Assembly: GCA_051294375.1 (NCBI GenBank)
Contig: CM119263.1
Coordinates: 22,408,833 to 22,472,832, forward strand
Direction of reading: 5' to 3'
Length of the DNA: 64,000 bases
Source of the DNA: Paraspadella gotoi
Lineage: Eukaryota > Animalia > Chaetognatha
The notes under the pieces were generated by a model that made no database searches, was not told where the DNA came from, and worked only from the letters and a program-made list of their open reading frames with translations. Every line of letters begins with the position of its first letter. Position 1 is the stretch's first letter. Of the stretch, positions 46,445-61,402 are shown piece after piece. Made by a program: the position numbers and the translations under genes.

Positions 46445-48854
46445 TCAAGTAAGGCTGTTGTCGGGGAATTTAAAGGCGTCTGATTTGCATGCAAGCTTGC
46501 CCTGCTTGACGAGATCCGCGATGCGAAGGTGGTACATCTTGTCCTGCTGCAACATTTCTCTGTAGCGACATCTGACGTTAATATGCGCGGCCAAAAAGTA
46601 GTAGAGGTTGTAGAGAAAGACGAAACCGAAACAAAAGGCTATGAAGTAACGCTCCTGCAAGAAATAGAAGTCGGTAATGTCACTATTTCTACCCTAGAAT
46701 ATTTTTTTGTAATTCTACTTCCAAAATAAAATTAACTATATTTAACTAAACTTGATTCATTAAATCAAATCATTAATGCTTCGTTTACTTCTAACGGCAA
46801 CAACAAACTCATTTTTGAAAAAAAAATCAGTGAAAAAATCCACTTTGGTCAACAAATCCGACCTTTCGCCCTCCCCCTTCCTCAATCACCTGCAGCAGCG
46901 TGAACGGATACTTGCAGTTGGAGTAGTTCCCTCTTCCCGGCGCCAACCCTTCCGGCGGCCGGGCGCCCACGTGGAAGAAATGAGCGTACATGACTTCGGC
47001 GTTGCAAAACTCGAACCAATAGACGATTCCGTGCCAGAGGGAGATGACGCCGTTGAAGAGGATGGAGAAAAAGATGTAGTAATCGAGGCGCGTGAAGTAG
47101 GAGACTCGCGGGAGATTCTCCCCGATGTAGAACTTGTAGGAGACCGAGGTCAACATCAGCAGGTAGGAGAGACGCAGCCGACGTTCGTAGCCGGATTCCG
47201 GAGGGTAAGGTCGATAGTCCGGCGGATTGTTCCTCACCGCGAACGAGGTGAAGGTCATGAAGATTATGAGCAGGAGGCAAAAGTAGGCGTGCCAGTAGTA
47301 GTAGCCCAGGCGTCGCGAGACGCGGGTGGTGAAGGTAATGAAGGGCTGAGCGAAGGGAGGTTGAGTGTACCAATGGTTGATGGTGTTGAAGGATACTTCG
47401 ACGTGGTCGTGGAGGAACCACTCTTGCTCGTCGATGAAGTTGTCCCGAATGACGGCAGAGGGCAGGGAGGTATCTTCCACCAACGCCACCTCCGGCATTC
47501 TTCGTCCGCTCCCGATGGTCACGCTCAGGTCCTGCGTGTCGAAGGGAAAGTCCCAAAGCTCCAGCGTTTCGCTCCAGACGGAGTGAATGATCCGCTGCTC
47601 GTGGACGTAGCGCTCCCCCTGGGGACTCGTCCACACTTCGTACCACTGCTTGATCTTGGGGGCGCCCCAGGTGTTCTCGAGGAAGAGCTGGGGATTCCAG
47701 AGACCAGCGAAATACTCCTGATCGATGGCGCCGGTTTCGATGAGCGGAAGTTCGTCGAGCGCCTTCTCGCGCCACTTGGCCCCAACGTAGACGTCGCAGG
47801 TGTATTTCTCCTTGGCCGTCTGGATCTCGCCCATCTTGAGGAAGCCGACGCGAAGGAGAACCTCCACGCCCTCTCGTTCCCCGACGTCCGTGCTCATCGT
47901 CAGCTGGTAATCCTTGGGCCCGGGCTTGGGACGCGGCGGGGCGAGCGACTTGAGCAAGGTGGGCTCCTCCAGCTCCTCGTTGATCGTCTTGGCCTCCTTC
48001 AGCGTGGATTTGAGATTGGCGAAGAGGTTGAAGACGTCCTCGATCCGTTGGGCCGGTTGCCCGCGGAGCATTTGAGAGATGGCGGAGCGATCGAGGGAAT
48101 CGTCGCCGGAGGCTGGGATCGGGGGAAAAATCATTGCATTCTTCTTTTAGTTAAAATATCATTGTGTTAAGAATTTCTTTTCGTTGCGTTTATAGATGAG
48201 AGAAAACAAAGTTTATTTGCTTACAAAAACAAAAACGTAATGATGAAGACTCGAAAAAACTAGAGTCGAAACATGTCCGTTTTCTGGAATAAAAACCGTT
48301 ATATGATATAAACTTTGTTTTCTCTTGGTTAAAATATCTAATATAACAATATAGACCATAGTTTATTCAAAATTAACATAATCATCATTATTTTTTATCA
48401 CTGGGAAGTAAACCAAACAGATTACAGTATTTTATCCTTGCGTTCAGTATTATGCATTAAAATCGATATAACATTCATTACTAACTGAGAAAACTTTGTA
48501 TACCAGTTATATTAATTTGAAAGACAGATATGTAAAGTAATATTTTATTCGTGTTTTTACAATTTCAGATTCTCTAGTCAGCTTATCTTCCTGATTAGTC
48601 TTCGGTTTTTGAGTAAAAACCACATGTAACGAGAACTATTTCACTATTAATTTCATTAACTAGATCATGATAAAAATCCCACCTTGTTTTTCATCGCCAT
48701 ATCCTTTGTCTGTATCTTCAACTTCGTCTTCTTCCAAGTCTTCGTCGTTCGCCTCGAAGGAAGTCTCGGAGATGGTCGTGGCTTCCGAGAGACCCGACCT
48801 TGCCGATGTTCTGGATTGGACCGAGGCCGGTCGAGATCCCTCGCTCGTTGCCAT
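46445..48854 (-). CDS. Pentameric ligand-gated ion channel subunit, Cys-less (Pro-loop) type; exons 48854-48683, 48112-46890, 46654-46445; ~534 aa
   Basis: Loop-A-like WNPQLFLEN, Pro-loop LELWDFPFDTQDL without flanking Cys, pre-M1 RR, four TM segments, M2-M3 LPRVSYFTRLDYY. GT-AG junctions in frame and a GCCATGG start. Confidence 0.88.
48167..48325 (+). repeat. Hammerhead-bearing short repeat in intron 1 of the channel gene (motif at 48240-48280, C3-to-A)
   Basis: aUGAUGA-a-GACUC-gaaaaaacua-GAGUC-GAAAC-AU-GUC-cgu. Flanks (TTTCTTTTCGTTGCGTTTATAGAT, AGAAAACAAAGTTTATTTG) are shared with the 31660-31833 copy. Confidence 0.7.
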
Positions 48855-51800
48855 GGCGACTGGTTAATAAGGCGCGTATAAGATACGCGGCGCTTTACAA
48901 CAAATCTTGACTCCCGCTTCGACGAGCGACGCCGTTCTCGTCGACGCGGCGACGATCAGCTCGAGGATTCGAAGCGACGGAGCATTCGGAGCATCACTCG
49001 ATCGCTCCGACGATCTCGAGAATCGCGAGTGTCTATTGGAGGATCGAAATATTCGAACGAAAGAAATACTGAGCGTTTCTCTCTCTTCTCTCTCTCTCTT
49101 CTCTTCTCTCGCCCCCTCCTCTCTCCACAATTTTTTTAATTTATAATTCTCTGACGTTTTCTCCCTCTCTCCACCTCCTCCTCCTCATCCTCCTCCCACC
49201 CATCCGACTGATCCGACTGCTTTCGTTCGATATCGACCTTCGTTGATGCAGTGGATTATTGGCTTTTGCTTTGTCTTTGGTGGTTGTCGTTGTTGTCGTT
49301 GTTGTCGTTGTTGTCGAGGTCTTCATCGTCGACCTCATGAGAGCAATTTTATTAATTTTTTTCCCTATAGGATCAAATAAGTAGAAGTGATGAAAAAAAA
49401 TATCGATGTAGTAGGAAAAAAAACTTCTTTTTTTTTTTTGAGAATGGCTTGTCGATCTAATGAACGAATGAAAACATGAAAGAAAAAAAGAAGAAAAAAT
49501 TGAAAAAATGAATTTAGCTCACGAGAAAATTATATATAAATAAATATAAATATATATATATATATCTAAATATATATATATAAAACTTTGAAGCCGTAGT
49601 GCAAGGAACACTGTGCCTTTTACTTTGAGTTGTTCGGCCGATGTCTATATTTTCCTCTTTGGTAGCTTTTCTTTTTTTATCTTAATCTAATGATATATAT
49701 ATATATCACGGTCAGGGGTTACTAACTTACAAACGATAGTAGCATAGTACAGTAAAAATTTAAAAAAATTCGGTCATTCTTAATCAGAGCAAGCACAAGG
49801 AGAGTGTGTGTACACGTACAGGAACACGTAAAGGAACACCATCGACCTATAATAAAACATTCGTAATATATTATCGCGCCAAACTCGAGGCGCTCAAAGC
49901 CTGCTTCTTTTTCTGAGCCTCTTCTAAGCCACAAAAAAAAAAAAAAAAAGAAATCTCGCGCCCAATAAATTCTTTTTTTGTGGCTCAGGTTTTCTCGCTT
50001 GACAAATCGACTGGAAAGCAGTCGGTGACTCCGCCCATGCCGCTGCCGACGCCGCCGCCGCCGCCGCCGACGCCGCCGCCGGCTCGCTTCTGGCGCCATC
50101 GCCGCTCCCGCCACCGTCTGCGTTGGCAATCAACACTCAACAGTCCTGGTTTTTCCCATTCAATCCTGACTCAACAAATGCGCTTCAACCTCTCTTTGGG
50201 CCTTCTCTTTTCTTTTCTTTTCTTTTCTTTTCTTTTCTTTTCTTATTCTTTCCTTTCTTTTTTTTCTTTTCTATTCTTGTCTTTTCTTGTCTTTTCTTTT
50301 CTTTTATCTTCTTTTAACATGAAATTGGTACAACCAACATATTACTTTTCTTTTTTAAATTTTTATTTACAATTATTTTTTTCAAATAATTTATTTCCTT
50401 TTCTCACTTTCTTTTTGTTACTATTTATCTCCTTCCCTTTCTTATCTTTTTCTATTTTTTTCATTTATTATTCTTGTTACATACTTATTTTCCTCTTTAT
50501 CTTCTTATAATTTTTCTTTTTTTCTTTTATTCATAGCCATATATAGGTTTTTATATCTTACCGTTTTTTTTTCCAGTTTTTCCTTTTTTTCTCTTCTACG
50601 AGAATCTTTTTTCTTATTTTTTTCTTCTTTTTTTCTTTTTTTCTTTTTTCTTTTTTTTTTATCTTTTTTCTTCTTTTTTTTTCTTTTTCCCTCTTTTTTC
50701 CCCCCTTTTTCTTCTTTTTTTTCTCGACATTCCCCTTTTTCCCCTCACTCGGTCTCAAATCCTCGATTCAATTCCCTTTGCGTTCATTCAGCGCGAAGAC
50801 TGAATTTTCGCGCTGCGTCTGCGGCGTCAAAGCTGCAGCATGTTGCAGCAACAAGACTTAATAGCTCGGAAAAGGAGCAACTCCTTGCTTGAAAATTATA
50901 TATTTGATGAAGATACGTATAGTCGTTTACAATTCCTTAATATTACCAGGTATAAAATAATGATATACGATATCTATCATTCGAAATTCCTCGGTGATAC
51001 TAAGCTGGTGGGAATAACTTCGAATCTTAATATCACAGAGAAAATTAGTTTAGAAGAAAAAACAAACGCTTTGTCTCTTTTCATGTCGAGTATTCTCGGC
51101 ACACAATCGAGAAGCCTTTAAACCATCGCGCTTCCTCGATAGATTTAGTCGGCGCCGTTTCAGCGCGTCACCTTTCTCGGTCGTTCCAACCAAAACAATC
51201 GCGACAAATTGATGTTCTAACGTTGGACACGACGACGACAACGACGACGACGAAGACGACGCCCGCGAGGACGAAAACCCTTTGGGGATCGAGTCTCTCA
51301 GCTCTCGTCTTTCCTCTGCACTCTTGACCTTTTGACCTTTCTTCGCACTCCTTCTCACTCCCGTCATCAGACTCATCACTCCCGAAGTTCTTAACGATTT
51401 TTTTTGAGAGACGCTTCCGGAATCCAGTTTCAAGGCTGCGCAGTTTTTAGGCTTTGCGAGATTTTTGGGAGAAATTTTAAACTTAAAAAAAAAAGAAAAT
51501 TAAAAATTATTCAGCAGAGAATTAAAACATATATCCACCTCTCCGCTCGGCGTTTTAAGACTCCTTCTTTTCTCTCCTTCCCAAGTTCCCAGTACATCAG
51601 TATTCCGCGTTCGGTCGTGTTCGCTCCCCCCCCCTTTTACACCCCCACCTCGTCGCTGCCGCCGCCGCCGCCACGCACGCCGCCGCGCCGCGCTTCGGAA
51701 GCGGCGTCGTTTCGCCCGCGCTCGCTTGCTCGCGAGAGGTTTTTTTTTTTAGTGACGCGGCGCAAGAAAACTCGCGCGACCGGAAACGGCGCCTCGGGGC

Positions 51801-51946
51801 GCGAAAGAGAGAAGAAGAAAAGAAAGAAGGAGATTAGAAAAAATATTAGGAAGATAAAAAAAGGGAAAAAAAGGAAAGAGAGATAAAAAAAAGACTTCGA
51901 AATGGGATTCGTTTCCTCGCCCGACGTCACATTCGTCCTTCAGAAA

Positions 51947-51996
<50 letters not shown>

Positions 51997-54083
51997 GACC
52001 CCGGTTCGCGGGCCATAAATAAGGCCTTAATGTTTTGGCCGCACTTTCTCTCGGTCGCTCACGCGTCTTCGTGTTTGAAACGTCGCTTATATGTTCTCTT
52101 ATTATTTCCGGTCGGGTCGGCGTCGGGCAGTGTCGGGACGATGTCGGGCATTGTCGGTTCCTTCTTTATCTTTTTAGCCTCGTGGAAGACAGAGAATCGA
52201 GTTAGGAGTTAAATTAACCGTCATATATATTTGTTTATATAATTTTACACTTTTCTTGTTATCCTTTTTTTCTTAATCCTTTTTCCCTCATCAATCTTCC
52301 TCCATCGCTGCCATCAATCATTTTCTTTCCTCAACCTCGTCAGTTCATCGTTAGTCCCTCATCAATTTCCGACTTCTTGTTTCGCAGTTTGACTTTTTTC
52401 CTTCCGCTCTTTGCTTCCAATGCTTCCTCTCTTTCTCTGACATTTTCTAATAATCACCAAGCATCAATCATCAACAATCGTTGCTTTTCCCTATTCTCTG
52501 TTTAGCCTGACCCGTCCTCGTTTCATTCACTTTTGTACCTTTTGAGTACCTGCTGAGTCATTTAGCAAGTCCAATGAATGGATAATTTTTCTATGTCTCG
52601 CACTAATTTCATAATTAATACGCAGTTTTTCTATTTTTAGTTTAATTCCTTCGCCTTCCTTCTCTTTATTCTTTACTTTTCACTCCTCGCTTCTCTTTTC
52701 CTTTCTCTAACTTCATTTTGTCTTTCAGCTCCTAATGTCTTCAATTTATTCTTAGCCGATTCCGTCCTTTGACGCTTCACGGAATTTTCTTCCTCAGTTT
52801 TATTTTCTGTCGCTTATCTCTTATATCTTCTTTCATTCCCTTCTGTTTGTTCTCTTACCCCTTACCTACCCTTTCATTCAATTCTTTTATGTCTTCCCCT
52901 CTTCTTCCCGCATTCCCACGTCTTTACAACCCTGACCAATCAGCATCGACTTCCATGCCTTGCCAATCATCTCTTATCTCTCGCCTTATCCTCCCATCTC
53001 CCCCCATCACCCTCTCCCCATCCCCTCTCCACCCTTCCCAACATCCCAGCTCCCTCGAGTTCGAGTCGGTCGTCCGGAAATTCTTTGGCCGCTTCGTCGA
53101 ACGGAAACGTGATTTCGGGCGCGCGTGCACGCCGTGGGAAAGCGAATTGTGCGCGCGCGCGAGTGCGTGCGCCTTTGAGCTTCGCACGCGCGGGGATATA
53201 TTTTTGCTTCCGCCCAAAACAATTTTTTTTTCTTCCTTCTGTCACAAAAAAAAGGGAAAAAAAGTCTGTTTGGTGGAAACGAGAGAAAGAAATCAAGTCC
53301 CTCCTTTCTACGGAAGATAAAGAGTTGTGCGGAGAAAATGATATATATATTAATAATACTTCCAGAAGACAACACTAACATCTCCATCCCAATAATATAT
53401 AAATATTATTTAATTTAGATAATTTAACATATGGGTTTTAAGAAATATAAATGAAATAAGGATAACTATCAAATAATAATAATAATTAAATATCAGATAT
53501 TTTAAAATCTAAAAATTTGAAATTTGCAATTTTTATTAAACCAGGTGACCATTATGAGAAATCATCTTTTTTTACTAAGTATTAAAGTTTTGTTTTTTTT
53601 ATTTTACTAACAGTATCTTATTTTTATGATACTACAAGAGCTCGCGAATATTTAACAAATCACCTCAACGATAGTTAATTTGCCCGACGGAAAAAGTTAC
53701 TTAGAAACTCAGCCGTTTCTTGCAAATCGGGAAATTCGCAGCACCACCAGAAATAGTGGCGCCGTGCGTTAAAACGGAAGACGCCGTTTGGAAGCGGCGT
53801 CGTCGCGTTTGATGGTCGCTCGTTGACTCGACGACGGAACCGACCTTTACGACGCGAAAGCAAATAAGGCGTCGAAATATGATGGAACTAGAGACGGAAG
53901 AGAGACGACGACGACGAGAAAGACGATGAAGGCAACGGCGACGACGACAAAAACGACGAAGGCTCAAGACCAGAATCCAACGTATTCCAAATCTTCACCA
54001 ACTTACTTCGCTTCTCTCTCTCTCCCTCTCTCTCCCTCTCTCTCTCTTCTCTCTTACTAAATATAGAAAGTGAGAAACTCACA

Positions 54084-54132
<49 letters not shown>

Positions 54133-54331
54133 GTTTGAGTTTCCTGCTTCATTTCTTTCGCAAAAGGCTGTTGGCGTTGGGAGATGGTGGTGAGGATTTA
54201 GGTGGGGCTCTCGATTTGTATTTGGGTGGTTGGGTGGAGACGGACCAGGCGTGTGGTACTACTTGGTGGAAGGCTGTTTCCACTGCAGAATCCATTCCCG
54301 ATATTTCGGGCAAAGAAAAAACTGAGAATGG

Positions 54332-54414
<83 letters not shown>

Positions 54415-54535
54415 TAGCCCCATGAATGACGTCAGCAGGGAAACGGGCGGTTGGCACGCGCCGCTTCGTCGACGGCAGCGGACGCGGCGGAGCTGCGACC
54501 GCGCAGGAGCTGAGCTCGTGCGGTGCCGGTCTCTT

Positions 54536-54618
<83 letters not shown>

Positions 54619-56556
54619 CTCTCTGCCTTCCTTCTATCCTACGTCGTCTTTGATCGCTGAGCAGAAGGTTTTTTCAAAACTCTATGTACGAAGAGGTTAG
54701 AAAGATTAAACCCATTTTTTAATGAAGGACGGGAGTTATAAAGTCGAGCTTATCGTGAAAAAATCCGGGGCGGGAAAACAATTAGAGCGTCCGATCGTCA
54801 GGGCAACCAAGCGAACGCTTACGACCATAGATGATGAAGTGAAAAATATTTTTTTTTGTTCTCGGGGGAAAAAAATGTGGAAAGATTTGGTAAATGAAGT
54901 CAAAATTTTTTGTTTTACATTTATGAATACAGACGGAAGGGATAGCAAAGTTGTTCGGGGTACGTTAAATTATGAACTACTCCATGGTACTGCAGACTAA
55001 AGCCTTACCTATGCTTCTAATCTAGATGTAGAAACCGCTTTAAACCAGCCACGGTTTCAAGGAGCCTATTTTCTATATATTATAAATAATTTACAGGCTT
55101 TTTTAAGACTTCATACTCCACACCTTTCCCAACGAGAAAGCACCTCGCCCGCTTCCCGTGAGTAAACAGAAAAGTTGTCCAAAGGCAAATCGTTTCTTCA
55201 TCGGCCAACTCTTATAACTGTCTTTGTCTTTCTAATCCATTTAACCATTATTCTCGTCCGCCCCCCTATCCCGGCCCAACCCTTATTCGGAAGTTGCCTC
55301 CTCCTCTTCCTCCTCCTCCTCTTTCTCTTCCTCCTAAGACTTTTTTTTTTCTGTTCGGAGAGGCGCGGCTTCTGGCGCCATTCATGTTGGAAATTCTAGT
55401 CTCCCACTTCCCACTTTCACCCTCTCTCTCTGTCTCTCTCTATCTTTGTCTCTTCCTCTCGCTCTCTCTCTCTCCTCTTCTTCCGATCAAGCGCGCACGC
55501 GCTCTAATCTTCTCTCTCATCCTCCTCTCGTCTCTCCTCGTCTCTGTCTTCAGTCTTCTCTCTCTCCTCCAATTCTTTCATCTCTCTCTCTCTCTCTCTC
55601 TCTGCTCTCATCTCACTCGCTCCTCCCCTCTTCCACCTCCACCGACGCCGGCGCGTTCCTGCGCGTGATTTTCTTTCCCGAACGCCAGTCGCGGCTCGGC
55701 GTTCTTCGAGGCCGGAAGCGTCGGTCTTCGCCGTCGCCCGCCGTCCGAGAGGGCGGTGGCGGTCAATTTCGATGGCAGTCTGCGCCGCCGCCTCCGCCGC
55801 CAAGGAGGCAAATCTTCTCCCCTCCGAAAGGACGCGCGTTGGCGGATTCTTCTTGGCGGCAAATGATCTCCAGACTCCGTCGGACGCGTTTAGTCTCAAC
55901 AAAAAAAATGATAGAAAAAAACAAAGCTAAAAAAAAAAAAATTCGGGGGAAAAAAAACTTTCGCGATATCATCTAGCGTCCACTTTTAGTGTTAACTTTA
56001 CAGAAAAGAAAAGTAACTTTTAATTTGTAAACAATAAAAAAAATGATAAAATAAACAAACTTCTAAAAAAAGTTCAAGAGAATTTGTTTCTGGGATCCGT
56101 TGCTTCTTTTTTTTTCTTTCTTCATTTTTCTCTTCAATTATTTCCTCTTTCTTCGACGCCCGAATTTCTTTGCCCCTTACTGTCGCCCCCGTCGTCGTCG
56201 TCGTCGTCGTCGTCGTCATCGTCCCTTTTTTTTCGCCTTTCGTCGCTTTCGTCATCGTCGCATCGTCTCCCTCCCCCTCCGTCTTCGTCTCACTCTCAGT
56301 CTCTCTCCTCGCACAAAGCCTGCTGCGAAAGGGAGGCCCGCTCGTCCATGGTGCCTCGTCGTGAGAGATGAGCCGCTCTCTCTCGCTCTCTCTCTAACTT
56401 CCTTCATTTTTGGGTGAGTGAAAATCGGCGTCGGGACTCGTGGTTCTAACGATGTAAACTCGTTACACGAGCGGGACGCTGGAGAGTGAACGGGAACGAG
56501 CGCTGCTTTTCTGGTAAACAATTGTCGGAAACGAAAAAAATGTCGTTACGTACTTT

Positions 56557-56603
<47 letters not shown>

Positions 56604-57560
56604 AGTAATACCTATAGTCTAATACGCAATCTGATTTTCAAGACAAATCTGAAAGGGGTCCATTAAATCGTATGTAAATATATCGAAATTACGGTCTTCG
56701 TGGAAGAGTCTATAGGTCACTGTTTTTTTTTAAAAGCTGGTTGGCAAGATGTCACTGATCTGGCAGTTTGCCTGCACTATGTTTAAAATCCTCGCTGCGT
56801 GATTCAATGCGTTCCGACAGATTTAAAGTAATGTAAATTTACTAAATTTTTAAAAGCTTCCGACTTGTATTCTAATCTCTAACATTCGCCAATACAGGCT
56901 ACAACTCCCGTTTCTTCCCTGTTTTACGTTTTTATGACGTGTTTAAGAAAATCACTCGAAACATTTCTTCGACGTCAAAACCATTAAAGCTAATGTAGCG
57001 ATCGACGCAATAACAATTTCTCAGATGGAGTCGAGCAGCTTGAGGGGAAAAAAAACCAAGTTACAACATGGTTACAGCGACGACAAGATATCCTCGTTTT
57101 ATGTACGATTCCCCATTTAGTAAATTTAAAATTAATTAAAACAAGATGGAAAGAGAGAAAGACGGAGAAAGAGAAAGAGAGAGAAAAAAATTTTCCAGGT
57201 TTAAATATATAAACCTGACTTTCACGTCTATTTCATCATTGTTTAGTAGTCACTTATAAACAAATGAAGTGTCTGATGAGCCAATGCGACTCACAATCCT
57301 AAATTTCCTCGTTAAGTAAAAAACAAAGAGGGACGCGATTCACTAATTCTTGAGACATAAATTCTTTCCCTAACTTTTTTACCGATCCGGAGTCCGGACC
57401 GCCTACTTCGTTTAGAACCTTGTAGTTTTGTTGAAAAAGAAACGAAAAGCCTCTCAGCGTCATTGACGAATGGCATTTCGATTGTATTCATTTTCCATTT
57501 GATTTATAATTTATTTTTTAAACGTTGAAAAGTATATAACTCGATTTACCATCGTTTTTA

Positions 57561-57604
<44 letters not shown>

Positions 57605-58318
57605 TCCGTGTTTACAGTGATGAGTCCCGACTTTTGACTGGGAATCAGAGCAGAGAAATTCTCTCTCCGATAGATTTTCGAGGACGTTAAAAAACAAATC
57701 GTTGAAAATTCTCTCTCAAATCCGTCAGCGCGTCTGTTCCGCGTCCAATAAAAAAAATCTGAAAACATTTTTAAGACGTTTGAGTTTTCTTTAAGAAAAT
57801 CCTTTGTATATGTCTCAAAGCGAAACTTTTTGATACAAAGATTTTCTTGTCACAATCGAAATGGGTGATTTTTTTTTCGTTTTTACGACATTTTTTTTCT
57901 CTTAGTGATTCAAAGCCGCTGTGACCTTTAGCTTATATATATGTTAATCCTTTATAGTGATATAGACGTATGTCTCCTCAGTAGATCCGTCATGTTCTCT
58001 CTGGCAGTAGAGATGCTGACGTGTTGAAACGTCTTTTTTTATAAAATCGGTAAACTTCTCTAAATAATTTCATATTTATTCAAAATTTTAAAATTGTGAA
58101 ACTTTCAGTCCGATAACGGAACTTTTTTTAAAGTTCGAAATGTTTATTCGATTTCGTTATTTCGATGTCAGTTTATCGTAAGTTTTCCAAAATATGTACC
58201 GGTCGTTGAACCTTAATTATCGCGAGTTTTTAATAATTCTTAAGTGACATATAATTTTCAAGGTTTGAAAGACACTCCTATTAATAGAATATCTTTTTTC
58301 AAACGACATTCCTGATTC

Positions 58319-58364
<46 letters not shown>

Positions 58365-58694
58365 GCGGTGTGTCAGGAAATAGTAAAATAATGATTCACT
58401 CTGTAATTTTCCTACCGATTTTTTCGAATCTGTTATTTCGTACTTTTAAGTATCCAAATTGTAAAAAAAAGAGTTCCAAGTTCAACTGGAGCCCGAGGTG
58501 TTTGCACATCATTACTTTTACTTTATTTTAAATACCTATCGATGAATAGGTTAAAAAATATAATAAATAGATGAAACTTATACAATACTTTAAGATAAAA
58601 CAGTATTTCCTGCAGCACTCTCGATAGTGATAGTTCTAGAGGAACTCGAAGAAGAACCGAAGAAAGATCGAAATTCTTTGGCTCGGAGCAGATG

Positions 58695-58794
<100 letters not shown>

Positions 58795-60129
58795 AATCTC
58801 GATTTTTTTTGTGTACATTTTCTCGACTCTTTGGTCTCGACAACGACCCAGTTTGTTTACGCTCGTACGTAACAAATAACTTTGGCCTCTTCTATCTTTT
58901 TCTTTCTCTCTCTGTCTTTCTCGCGCTCGTTTCCGTCCACCGAATGCCGGCTCCGACTCTAAGGCAACGTCCCGTTTCGCCGTCAGTCTCTTTGACCTCA
59001 AACACTTTTTTTTTGTCAGACGCGAAATCGAGTTTTTTGCGCCATTTTCTTTTTTTTTTGAGACGGTAAAACTTGCGGCATCGTGGTCTGAAGAATTTTT
59101 AATGGCGCCCGATAAAAGATTTTGAAATTTGAAAATTGAAAATTGTGAAAAGCGAAACGTTTCTATCTTTTTGAGAGACGAGCTCATTTCGTAAACATTC
59201 GAAATTAATTTTTTTTTCTAATAAAAAACCGTGGCTGTTATCTGCATTAAGAAATCCCAAAAGAAAAAAAATTAAATTTGTTCACTGGGAAATGTGAAAT
59301 GCGAAATGTGTTTAAATTACTATATTTCTTTAACACAATAAACTAACTCGATAAATTAATAATAACTATATTTGATATAGTCGTTGTTTTGTTGTTGTTA
59401 TACTAATTATATAATACAAATAAAATCGAGGCGTCGCGCTCGCGTCTCAACGTCCCAGCGGCGCCATATTCTGATTCGCTATTCTCCTCGCATTAAAAAT
59501 TCAATCAACGCTATTTTTTATAAATGAAATATTTTTTTTAATTATTCAAAGATATACATTTTTTGGAGATGAGATTTTATAAATTCTTCAATTAAGTTTC
59601 AATCACGACCGAATTGAAGATTTCAATTTTTTATTAATCAAAAGTAAAATTTTTTTGGATTAATTCGAACAGTCGAAATTAAATTTAAATTATTTAATGA
59701 AAACGGCTGGGAAGGACAGAGGTTTTCCGAAGATTAAAACGTCCTTCCGAGCTTAAAAAGAAATAAAGAAATAAAATGAAAAAAAGAAAGATGGCAGCTG
59801 CATCTCGTTTCCATCGATAAAGCGAAAAAATTCTAAGCTAATTTTTTTTGTTTTTGTTTTTTGTTTTTTGTTTTTTGTTTTTTTGTTTTTGTTTTTGTTT
59901 TTTCCAATTTCCAATTTAGAATTTTTTCAATAATCGCCCAAACGCGAACCAATAAAACCTGTAAAAATTACCAATTTTTTTACAGGGAAATAAAATAAAT
60001 TATTATCAGTCTCCTCTAGCCACAAAATTCAAATAATACCTAACACCTAGAACCTCCAATATTTTTAGCCTTCATTCATCGATTTCCCTTTTTTTCTCAG
60101 CTTAACGGAATTTTTGTCAAAACGGCAAG

Positions 60130-61402
<1,273 letters not shown>

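Noticed and set aside
46776-48170. 464-aa plus-strand ORF antisense to the channel exon
   Set aside because: It mirrors a GC3-rich coding exon almost exactly and has no recognisable motifs; a typical antisense shadow ORF.
57272-57293. CTGATGA-GC-CAAT-GC-GAC as another hammerhead
   Set aside because: It lacks GAAA and the ACATGTC stem III/cleavage site.
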